This document shows positions 27,493 through 35,455 of a stretch of 63,026 bases of DNA, piece after piece (position 1 is the first letter of the stretch; every line of letters starts with the position of its first letter). The translations under genes and the position numbers were made by a program. The notes beneath the pieces are model-generated. The model saw only the letters and a list, made by a program, of their open reading frames with translations. It was not told where the DNA came from and made no database searches. The stretch is from an uncultured bacterium. GTDB lineage: Bacteria > Armatimonadota > HRBIN16. Location: assembly GCA_938027655.1 (NCBI GenBank), contig CALJAP010000054.1, positions 1 to 63,026 of the forward strand. Direction: 5' to 3'.

Positions 27493-28253
27493 CGCTCCAC
27501 GATACCGCGCACGTAGGCGTAGGATTGCGCTACTCGCTCCAGCTGCTGCTCCTCGGTCAGGTTCTCACCCTCGATGCCTTCCAGTTCCATCGTGAACGGT
27601 CCTCGGAAGCCATGTTCCAGCAACAGCCGGAAGATTTCAGGGAAATCCACGACGCCCTGCCCCAGCGTGGGAAAGTACCACGTGCGTGGCTTGCCGTTAG
27701 TATCTTTCAGATGCACGCTGAAGACGTGAGGCAGCACTTTTTGGATTTCGGTTACCGCGTCCGCGCCCTCGTTATAGTAGTAGATGTTGGCGGTATCGAA
27801 GTTAATGCCCACGTTCGGATGGGCGATGGCTTGCATGGTGCGTGAAGCGATGCTTCCGTTGGTGATGAGGTCGGGATGCGTTTCCATTGCCACCTTTAGC
27901 CCAAGTTGTCCGGCGATGTCGCCCAATCGGCGCATGCGACGGTACACATCCGAGAGAGGCAACTCGCCGGCGTGCACGCTGACGAAGGCGATTTGCGCTC
28001 CCATTCTCTGTACCGCTCTAGCAATAGGAACGAAGTCCTCTGCGCCCTCGTCGGAAGAGACATCGCAGGGGCATATTACGCTGGAGATACGCAGACCGTG
28101 AGGCTCCGTCTGCTTCAGCCACTCGTCGGCATCCTCTGGCTTGCCAATGCTGACCTCGACATAACGAATGCCGATGGCTTTCATGTGCTCAAACGCCCGT
28201 TGGCGGTATCTGCCGTAGCTGTATACGTTACAGGCGAGAATAATGTCGTCCAT
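27474..28253 (-). CDS. sugar phosphate isomerase/epimerase (xylose isomerase-like TIM barrel)
   Basis: 259 aa with motifs typical of the family (FVSVHAG, AMETHP, NFDTANIYY, VHLKD, ELEG). Confidence 0.78.
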   Translation of the reverse strand: MDDIILACNVYSYGRYRQRAFEHMKAIGIRYVEVSIGKPEDADEWLKQTEPHGLRISSVICPCDVSSDEGAEDFVPIARAVQRMGAQIAFVSVHAGELPLSDVYRRMRRLGDIAGQLGLKVAMETHPDLITNGSIASRTMQAIAHPNVGINFDTANIYYYNEGADAVTEIQKVLPHVFSVHLKDTNGKPRTWYFPTLGQGVVDFPEIFRLLLEHGFRGPFTMELEGIEGENLTEEQQLERVAQSYAYVRGIVERWKQSR

Positions 28254-28313
28254 AGGGAAGTCTCCTGTTTTTGAGATCGAGGAAGAGATTCGCTTTGTGC
28301 GGAGGAGCTCCCT

Positions 28314-30128
28314 TTACACCCCGGTGATTTTGCGCAGGCGGCGCAGAGAGGCTCCGATCACGCCCGGCGAGCGCGAGGCGTCTCCCAATCGGCGCAACAG
28401 ACGGGCGAACCAGCTGCGGCGGCTCAAGCCTGTGTTGGTGCTGGCGGCACGACGGTCCTGTTCCGAGAGGCGATAGTCAAAGCCACCGTGCAGTATCGCT
28501 AGCTGGAACCAGTACTCGAACAGGTGGATGTCTGCGACTTTGCCTTTTCGCAGTTGAGCAGGCAGGCGGCTCAGCAGGGCGCGAGGTAGGTTCCATTCAC
28601 CGCGACGGTTGAGCAGGTCGGTACCGAAGAAGTCGCTCACCTTTTGCACCAGATACAGCATCCCCCTGTCCACCACCAGGTCTAGGGGCAGCGGGATGCC
28701 CACATCCCACTCTAGGTCAATGACCGTTACCTCGCCACCCTTTTCGTTCAACAGGCAGTTGCGCGGGGTGAGGTCGAGACTGTCGGGAGGGAGCCACTGG
28801 GTAGTCGGCGTGTACGGGGCGCGCCCCAATCTCTGCACACAAAACGCCCTGAACCGCTCGTTGTAATCGTGATAGCCTTCGGGAACAACCCGTGCCAGCA
28901 AGGTGGCATACCAGCGAAGCAGAGCGGAAGCAGCTTCGGCATAGCGCCGATGCCACAGGCTGTCAATGAACAGATGTTCGATGTTTTTCAGGTGCTGGTA
29001 GTAGGGTTCTCTGTAGTCACTGTGCAGGTGTATTGGCGCAGGGCGATTCAACCACTCGCCGCGCGTCGTCTCTACCGTAATACGGTCGTCCTCCTTCAGG
29101 AAGAACTTGGTCTGGCGGAAAGGGGGCGCGCACTGGCTTCGTATCTTTACCGCCAGGATGGACTCCCATTCCTTCGGCATCGGCTGGCGCGAGGCAATAA
29201 CCAGAAAGGAGTTCATGAAGGCGGAAGGTGGCGCGTTCCTCGCTATCATGCGTAAGAACTCGCGCTCGTTGAACAGAGGACGCTGACGCAGCGAATAGTC
29301 TACTGTGGGCAGGTTCAGCAACGTCAACCAGTCAAAGCCGGGTTCGCTAAAGCTGTTCTCGGCGAGAATCACATCGGGCATCTTGTAATCGGGAAAAGGG
29401 TAGAACCAGAGTTGACAATGTAACCCCGCATCCTCCAGTTTGCTCTGCAGTAATCCCTTATCGAAGGTGCGGATGCCGTTGTAGTCGGGATAGCCGGAAA
29501 CGCTTTCAAAGGGCACGCCGTAGTGGTCCTCGCGATAACCCGCCAGATATTTGTGCCCGATGGGGTTTTCGATGGCGATGACGAGCCTGCCATCGGGACG
29601 TAGCCAACGGCATAACAGGTTAATCAGATGGGAGGCGGCATCGGGACGTGCGATATATCTACCCGCGTATTCCAGCACGCCGATCAGCAAGATGGCATCG
29701 AACGGCTCGGGGGGATGATAGTCTTCGATATTGGCGGTCACCACTTCGAGGTGTGGGGCGTGTCGGCAGCGAAGGCGTAGCAGTTCGGCACGCTGAGGAG
29801 CCCCTTCTACCGCCACAACGCGACCGACAGCGGGCACACGACAGAGGTAGGAGGTAATCGCGCCGCAACCGGCTCCCACTTCCAGCACGTGCAGCCCATC
29901 TCTATCAGCAGGCAGCCAGCTGACAATGTTAGCGCGGGCAGGGGAGAGGTGGTACGAGAGCGGCCACCAGTTGTACTCCATCCAGGTGCGCTGTTCGTCG
30001 AAATCGTCGCGCTGGAAGATGGTGTGCAGAATCACCTCCGCGCCATCCGCGTACTGAAACGGCGCGCCGGCGGAAAGAGTGCCGGTGGATGTGTGTTCCT
30101 GCGGGGTCTGCGCCGCCGATTTCGTCAT
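28314..30128 (-). CDS. bifunctional methyltransferase / kinase-like protein (WbdD-like architecture)
   Basis: The N-terminal class I MTase domain has VLEVGAGCGAITSYL and LRPDGRLVIAIEN. The C-terminal half has a kinase-fold catalytic-loop-like LDLTPRNCLL and VIDLEWD, followed by an Arg-rich tail. Confidence 0.6.
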   Translation of the reverse strand: MTKSAAQTPQEHTSTGTLSAGAPFQYADGAEVILHTIFQRDDFDEQRTWMEYNWWPLSYHLSPARANIVSWLPADRDGLHVLEVGAGCGAITSYLCRVPAVGRVVAVEGAPQRAELLRLRCRHAPHLEVVTANIEDYHPPEPFDAILLIGVLEYAGRYIARPDAASHLINLLCRWLRPDGRLVIAIENPIGHKYLAGYREDHYGVPFESVSGYPDYNGIRTFDKGLLQSKLEDAGLHCQLWFYPFPDYKMPDVILAENSFSEPGFDWLTLLNLPTVDYSLRQRPLFNEREFLRMIARNAPPSAFMNSFLVIASRQPMPKEWESILAVKIRSQCAPPFRQTKFFLKEDDRITVETTRGEWLNRPAPIHLHSDYREPYYQHLKNIEHLFIDSLWHRRYAEAASALLRWYATLLARVVPEGYHDYNERFRAFCVQRLGRAPYTPTTQWLPPDSLDLTPRNCLLNEKGGEVTVIDLEWDVGIPLPLDLVVDRGMLYLVQKVSDFFGTDLLNRRGEWNLPRALLSRLPAQLRKGKVADIHLFEYWFQLAILHGGFDYRLSEQDRRAASTNTGLSRRSWFARLLRRLGDASRSPGVIGASLRRLRKITGV

Positions 30129-30326
30129 CCCTAACCTCTCCCGTGTTCACCGCAACTACTCGCCGGGTGGTTTCTCCCCTTGCACTGCAACCCTTTCTTG
30201 ATGACGCACGAAAGGTGCTTTCGGTTCAACAGGCAAGGGTGTACATTTTTCGGGCATAATATCGTTCTCGAACCAGCAATTTGCTTCATCTTGAGAGAAA
30301 AAAATCGAAAAAACCTCAAAAACCTG

Positions 30327-30355
30327 TTGACATGTGCGAACGGTTGGTTTATAGT
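30327..30355 (+). promoter_or_regulatory. consensus sigma-70-type promoter upstream of sigH
   Basis: TTGACA, a 17-nt spacer, then TATAGT, preceded by an A-rich (UP-like) tract at 30296-30322. Confidence 0.6.
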
Positions 30356-30366
30356 GAATATCAGCA

Positions 30367-30427
30367 AAGGTACGAGGGCATTTTGCGTCACGAGGTGCGG
30401 CACCTCGACGGTGATGCCCTTTACCTT
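30367..30427 (+). promoter_or_regulatory. long imperfect hairpin in the sigH 5' UTR
   Basis: aaggta/tacctt and agggcat/atgccct enclose cgaggtg-cgg-cacctcg. The hairpin lies about 55 nt before the start codon. Confidence 0.35.
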
Positions 30428-30480
30428 GCGTCAAACCAAAATCGGGTAAAGCAAACCAGAACTGTCGGGAGGCAAGCAGG

Positions 30481-31125
30481 ATGATTTCATCCCGCTATGA
30501 CGACGGAAGCCTGCGCTTCCAGAACATGCAGGACGAGGAAGTCGTCGTCTACGCGAAGTGCGGTAGCCAGCAAGCGACAGAGCATCTGCTTGCGAAGTAC
30601 CGCGGTATGGTGGAGAGCAAAGCACGTTCCTATTTCCTCATGGGAGCCGACCACGAAGACGTGGTGCAGGAGGGCATGATTGGGCTGTTCAAAGCCATCC
30701 GCGACTTCCGTGAGGACAAGCTGACCAAGTTCCGCCCCTTTGCCGAACTGTGCGTCACTCGGCAGATTATCACCGCCGTGAAAATGGCCACTCGCCAGAA
30801 ACACGCCCCGCTCAATGCGTACATCTCCCTGAACCGCCCCCTGAACGATGATGATAACGACTCCACCTTACTGGAAATCATTCCCGATGAGAGCGTCGCT
30901 GACCCCGCCACTCTGGTGGTAGACCAGCGGCAGCCTCGCAACCTTCTGGAGATGCTAGACGGGCACCTGAGTAACCTGGAAGCGCGGGTGCTGGAATGCT
31001 ACCTGGAAGGGATGTCCTATCGCGAGATGTCCAAGGCGCTGGGATGCCGACCCAAGTCCATCGATAACGCGCTGCAGCGCGTGAAGCGAAAGGTCAGCGC
31101 TTTGCTCAAGGAGGAAGAGGAGTGA
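30481..31125 (+). CDS. sigH: RNA polymerase sigma factor, SigH (Spo0H) family
   Basis: Close by-eye match to B. subtilis SigH across the protein: KARSYFLMGADHEDVVQEGMIGLFKAIRDFREDKLTKFRPFAELCVTRQIITAVKMATRQKHAPLN and KSIDNALQRVKRK. Confidence 0.85.
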   Translation: MISSRYDDGSLRFQNMQDEEVVVYAKCGSQQATEHLLAKYRGMVESKARSYFLMGADHEDVVQEGMIGLFKAIRDFREDKLTKFRPFAELCVTRQIITAVKMATRQKHAPLNAYISLNRPLNDDDNDSTLLEIIPDESVADPATLVVDQRQPRNLLEMLDGHLSNLEARVLECYLEGMSYREMSKALGCRPKSIDNALQRVKRKVSALLKEEEE

Positions 31126-31131
31126 CGCACT

Positions 31132-31157
31132 GCCGTCGCGGGGTGCCCCGCGACGGC
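31132..31157. terminator. bidirectional terminator hairpin between sigH and mutY
   Basis: gccgtcgcgggg-tg-ccccgcgacggc forms a perfect 12-bp stem, followed by ttctgtt. Confidence 0.55.
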
Positions 31158-31162
31158 TTCTG

Positions 31163-32239
31163 TTATCTCTTCTGCGTCTGCATCAGCTTGCCAAGCACGC
31201 GGCGCATCGGGGAAGAAAGAGGCAACCTTTGCGCCTCCTTAGGAGATACCCAACGCAGTGTATCGCTCCCTTCGATGGGCTGTTCGCACAGATGACAGCG
31301 TATCGCGTGCAGTGTGACCGAGTAATGCATGACGGCGTGTCGAACGACCGCAACGGTCTCGAAACCGTCCACTTGCGCCCCTACCATGCTGGCTGCGCGT
31401 CGGGCGGCTTGCTCCAGCGTTTCACCCTCTTCCACGCGCACGCGCGGGAACTCCCATAGCCCGTGCCATAAACGCCCGTCCGTGCGCTTCCGCATTAACC
31501 ACCGTTTATGGTGTTCTATCACCGCGCACACGTCCTGAACCTTTTCGCCGACCTGCTGCGGCGGGAGTACCGGCAGGCTCGCCTGAAGCCCCTGCTGAAA
31601 GGCAAGACACTGTTCGGCAAGAGGACACACCAGACAGCGAGGCTCGCGGGCAGTGCATACCAACGCGCCCAGGTCCATCAGCGCCTGATTGAACGCTCCA
31701 GGCGCGTGCTCGGGCAGGATTTGGCGACATGCCTCCTGTAGCTGTCTGCGGCTGGAGCTGAGCGTGATGTCTTTCTGGAAAGCCAGTAATCGGGCAAGAA
31801 TGCGGTAGCCGTTAGAGTCGAGCGCAGGCTCGGGTTTGCCGCAGGCGATGCTAACCACCGCACCGGCGGTATATTCGCCAATCCCCGGAAGCTGTCGCAA
31901 CGCCTCTACCCTGCAGGGAACACTCCCGTTGTGTCGCCTGCTTATCTGTTGCGCGGCGCGATGGAGATACCGGGCGCGGTTGTAGTAGCCCAATCCCTCC
32001 CAGTAACGCAGCACCTCCTCCTCGCTGGCTTCGGCAAGGTCGCATACGGTGGGAAACCGCTGAAGGAATCTCTCTAGATACGGCAACACCGTCTCCACCT
32101 GCGTCTGCTGTAGCATGGTCGCAGCGACAAGCAGGTAGTAGGGGTCGGGGTTCTCTTGCCAGGGCATGGGGCGCGCGTTCGCCTGATACCATTCCAGCAG
32201 CAGCTGCGGGATGGCGTGAAGCTGTTCTGGAGTCCACAT
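31163..32239 (-). CDS. mutY: A/G-specific adenine DNA glycosylase
   Basis: HhH-GPD motif (LPGIGEYTAGAV), a 4Fe-4S Cys cluster (CTAREPRCLVCPLAEQC), and a C-terminal NUDIX-like domain. Confidence 0.9.
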   Translation of the reverse strand: MWTPEQLHAIPQLLLEWYQANARPMPWQENPDPYYLLVAATMLQQTQVETVLPYLERFLQRFPTVCDLAEASEEEVLRYWEGLGYYNRARYLHRAAQQISRRHNGSVPCRVEALRQLPGIGEYTAGAVVSIACGKPEPALDSNGYRILARLLAFQKDITLSSSRRQLQEACRQILPEHAPGAFNQALMDLGALVCTAREPRCLVCPLAEQCLAFQQGLQASLPVLPPQQVGEKVQDVCAVIEHHKRWLMRKRTDGRLWHGLWEFPRVRVEEGETLEQAARRAASMVGAQVDGFETVAVVRHAVMHYSVTLHAIRCHLCEQPIEGSDTLRWVSPKEAQRLPLSSPMRRVLGKLMQTQKR

Positions 32240-32246
32240 CTACCGA

Positions 32247-32993
32247 TTAACCCCCGAAGATACTGCGCAGGTTCAATCCACCGTCTCCGCTAATCACAAA
32301 ACCGGGGAAATAGCGACGCAGGTCGTATTTATCCAGCACCTGCTGGAGCTCGTAGTTCGCCTGCAGAATCTGTGTGTCCACATCGGTGGAGGCGGTGCCC
32401 TGCATCTGCGACAGCGCTTGCAGCGCGGCGTTGGGGTCGGTCTGTGCTTGCTGCAAGGCGAGATACACCTTTGTCATGTACGCGATGGTGGACGCCAGCA
32501 TCTTGCGATAAGACTCGTGCAGGGGCTGGCAAGCAGGTGGTGGCTGCTTCGTCTCGAAGAACTGGCCCAGCTGCGCCCACTTCTGCGAGTAGTCCTGCGG
32601 AGCCTGCTGCACCGCGCTCATACGCCGCTGCATTTCCTCCTCCTCGATGGTCGCCCGCATCGCTACCGCATTGACGAAAGCGTTGAATGCCGGAGTCAAG
32701 TCGCGCTGCATCGCCTGACGCTGTGTTTCTACCTTCTGTAAATGCCGCAGGTAGTCGATAATATCGTCAGGCGGACGCTTTGGCGTCTCCTGCGGCGGCG
32801 GTTGTGCCTCACCCTCTGCTCGCAGCAGGTTTGTATCAGGAAGCTGCGGAGCAGGCGCCAGCAGAACGTTCCCCCCAGGCGGCGCGCTCGCCTCCCGGTG
32901 GGTAATCGGGAAGAGGTGTCGCCCCAGCAAGATACCCGCCAGCAGAATCACCAGCACTCCTGCCCCAATCAGAGCCACTTTCTGATTCATCAC
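32247..32993 (-). CDS. hypothetical membrane-anchored protein
   Basis: 248 aa with a single N-terminal TM helix, a Pro-rich linker and a Gln-rich helical C-terminal region. Confidence 0.55.
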   Translation of the reverse strand: MMNQKVALIGAGVLVILLAGILLGRHLFPITHREASAPPGGNVLLAPAPQLPDTNLLRAEGEAQPPPQETPKRPPDDIIDYLRHLQKVETQRQAMQRDLTPAFNAFVNAVAMRATIEEEEMQRRMSAVQQAPQDYSQKWAQLGQFFETKQPPPACQPLHESYRKMLASTIAYMTKVYLALQQAQTDPNAALQALSQMQGTASTDVDTQILQANYELQQVLDKYDLRRYFPGFVISGDGGLNLRSIFGG

Positions 32994-33115
32994 GCTTCAC
33001 CGTCCTTCCGCCTAGGCAGACGCTACGAATCTGTCAAAAGTTCCACCCCTCTTAGTATAGCACCACCCCACGCCGAATGCAACGGCTGCATGTGAAGGGA
33101 GTAGCAGGAGGAGCA

Positions 33116-33252
33116 CACGGATAGACACGGATGAGACGGATTGGCACGGATAACCCAACCGTGTTCATCTGTGTGCCGTTTTCCCAAAGGACACGGATAG
33201 ACACGGATGTAACGGATTAGCGCGGATAATCCGACCGTGTTCCCCTGTGCGC
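33116..33252 (+). repeat. two copies of a 61-63-nt CACGGAT-rich repeat (module E), start-to-start spacing 76 nt
   Basis: cacggatagacacggatgagacggattggcacggataacccaaccgtgttcatctgtgtgccg (33116-33178) is matched by a near-copy at 33192-33252. The second copy supplies the last 12 codons of the EamA ORF. Confidence 0.9.
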
Positions 33253-34158
33253 TATTTCCGCCTGTTCCGCGACGGTGACGCGGGTTGTCAGCCACACACC
33301 GGTCAACACCATCACCGAGCCGATAACGGTGTACATGCCAAGCGGCTCCCTCAACCATAGCACGCCCATTAACGCACCGAACACCGGCTGCACAAAAATA
33401 AACACGCCCATATTGCCCACATGGTGTCGCTCCATCAGCACAAACCATATCGCGTAGCAGAACGCGCTGTTCACCACACCCAGATAGAGCACCGCACCCA
33501 GCGCAGACGGAGACGGAGCGACGGGCAAACCTGTCCAGAACAGATACGCCGGTATCGCCAGCGCAATTGTCGCGCCTACGCTCTCCCAGAACAATACCAC
33601 GATACCGCTGTGTCGGCGGGTCAATCCGCGTGAGAGCACCGTGCCTGTGCCTTCCACCAGCACCGACGCCGCTACCAGCAGGTTGCCTATCAACGTGCCT
33701 CTATCGTTTAGCGGGGGCATCAGCCCGCGATTGATGAGCAGGTATGCACCTCCAAACCCCAGCACCATTCCCCACACCGCCTGCCTTGTCATCCCCTCGC
33801 GCAGCAACAAGGCAGACATCACCGCCATCACCAGCGGTTCCCCCGCCAGCAAGAGGGTGGCGTCCACCGCGGTGGTGAACTTGAGCCCAACAAACACCAG
33901 AATATGCACCAGCCCGAGAGCCAGCGCACCCAGTGCCAGCGCACGAAGCAGGTCAGAGCGAGGCAGGCTCAGCGGTACCCGCAGCACAACTCGGGCAAAT
34001 AGGGGCAACAGGAGCATGGCAATCGCCCACCGCGCCCACGCCAGCGTTACCGACGGAACTCCGCCGTTGATGGCGAACTTTGCCATCGGATATGCCGCCG
34101 CCCACAGCATATTGATGAAGAACAACAGCGCAGCGTCAAGCACGGCTCGGCTCCACAA
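33217..34158 (-). CDS. EamA/DMT-family transporter
   Basis: 313 aa with 10 hydrophobic spans in a two-fold EamA-like arrangement. Confidence 0.78.
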   Translation of the reverse strand: MWSRAVLDAALLFFINMLWAAAYPMAKFAINGGVPSVTLAWARWAIAMLLLPLFARVVLRVPLSLPRSDLLRALALGALALGLVHILVFVGLKFTTAVDATLLLAGEPLVMAVMSALLLREGMTRQAVWGMVLGFGGAYLLINRGLMPPLNDRGTLIGNLLVAASVLVEGTGTVLSRGLTRRHSGIVVLFWESVGATIALAIPAYLFWTGLPVAPSPSALGAVLYLGVVNSAFCYAIWFVLMERHHVGNMGVFIFVQPVFGALMGVLWLREPLGMYTVIGSVMVLTGVWLTTRVTVAEQAEIAHRGTRSDYPR

Positions 34159-35230
34159 AAGGCAACGGGACGACCTGCGCTGCTATCGGGGACGGTTCGT
34201 GCTGAACGACAACCGTTGTGCCGGGCGCAGTGTATTCGTTGCGCAGATAGCCCAGCGCGATGACTGCATCTAGCGAGAGAGAACGCACCACGCTGGTTAC
34301 CCAACCCGCATCTTGACGGTCACCTGCACTGATAGTCACACCGTATGGCGGTAACACCTCTGCCGATAGGCGCAGCCCTGTGAGCGAGCGGTTCGTGTGC
34401 CCACGTGAAAAAATCCGGTGTATCACCTCTTGCCCGGCGTAACAGCCTTTGGTGAAGCTGATAGCACGTTCGCCCAGCCCCGCCTCCAGCGGGATGGTGC
34501 TTTCATCCATGTCCACTCCGAACAGCGGAATACCCGCCTCCACCCGACGCACGTTGAACGCCTCAACGCCTGCCGGCTGCACACCTGCGTCCAGCAACGC
34601 CTGCCGGAGGTCGGATGCGCTTTCTGCAGGAGCCAGAAGGTCGTAACCCTGTTCGCCACATCGGTCGGTGCGCACCACGTGCAGCGGACGACCCCGCCAC
34701 GTCACCTCCCTACTATGCCAAAGAGGGGATGCTTCTGCTACTCCAAACGGTTCCAGCCGAGAGGCGGAGAGCGGTCCAGCAACGTGCCATAAAACAGAGC
34801 TTTCGGTCACGTCCTCTATCTCCACCTCTTCCATGATGACGAACTGCTCCAGCCGCTCCTGCACGGTACGGCGTGTGTGAGGTGGAGTGAGCGCAAAGAC
34901 GGCATCGCCCGTGGAGAACAGCACCATGTCCGAAAGCACCTGTCCAGTAGGTTTCAACAGGCAGGCGTACGCACCACGACCGGGTTGCTGCAACGGCAGA
35001 ATATCCTGGCTGAGTTGCCCCTGCAGGTAGGCAATTCGGTCGCCACCGGTGATACGGAGCTTGCCGAGCGTGCTCATGTCGAACACCACCGCGCTCCTGC
35101 GCAAGGCGGCGTACTCCGCGCGGGCGTCACCATACGAAGCGGGCGTGTTACCGCCGAACCAATCGGACAGGGAGGCTGGTTTTTGCACCGAACGGCTCCT
35201 CAAGAAAATTGCCCCGTTGAGGCGGGGCAA
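34136..35230 (-). CDS. GcvT/YgfZ-family folate-binding aminomethyltransferase-like protein
   Basis: 364 aa with the motifs VVFDMSTLGKLRITGGD and KGCYAGQEVIHRI. Confidence 0.75.
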   Translation of the reverse strand: MPRLNGAIFLRSRSVQKPASLSDWFGGNTPASYGDARAEYAALRRSAVVFDMSTLGKLRITGGDRIAYLQGQLSQDILPLQQPGRGAYACLLKPTGQVLSDMVLFSTGDAVFALTPPHTRRTVQERLEQFVIMEEVEIEDVTESSVLWHVAGPLSASRLEPFGVAEASPLWHSREVTWRGRPLHVVRTDRCGEQGYDLLAPAESASDLRQALLDAGVQPAGVEAFNVRRVEAGIPLFGVDMDESTIPLEAGLGERAISFTKGCYAGQEVIHRIFSRGHTNRSLTGLRLSAEVLPPYGVTISAGDRQDAGWVTSVVRSLSLDAVIALGYLRNEYTAPGTTVVVQHEPSPIAAQVVPLPFVEPSRA

Positions 35231-35266
35231 CGTCAGTGTCTATCCCTGAATCGGACGGTCAACCAA

Positions 35267-35351
35267 TGGTGCCGGAGGGGGGACTCGAACCCCCACGCCT
35301 GTGCGGCACCCGCTTTTGAGGCGGGCGCGTCTACCATTCCGCCACTCCGGC
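35267..35351 (-). tRNA. tRNA-Leu (anticodon CAA)
   Basis: Hand-folded: acceptor GCCGGAG/CTCCGGC, anticodon stem CCCGC/GCGGG with loop CTCAAAA, a long variable arm, T stem GGGGG/CCCCC with loop TTCGAGT, and an encoded CCA. Confidence 0.93.
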
Positions 35352-35455
35352 AGGATAACACCAAATAGAGTATAAACCAGCGAAGGCGAAAATGTCAAGG
35401 GAAAGCACAGGCTCCGAATTTCACGCTCCTCTTCCCCTGATATGCCCGGGCTTGT

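Noticed and set aside
30481-31125. I considered inferring endospore formation from the SigH-type sigma factor.
   Set aside because: No sporulation genes are in the window. SigH-family factors also control competence and stationary-phase genes in non-sporulators. The envelope genes point to a diderm.
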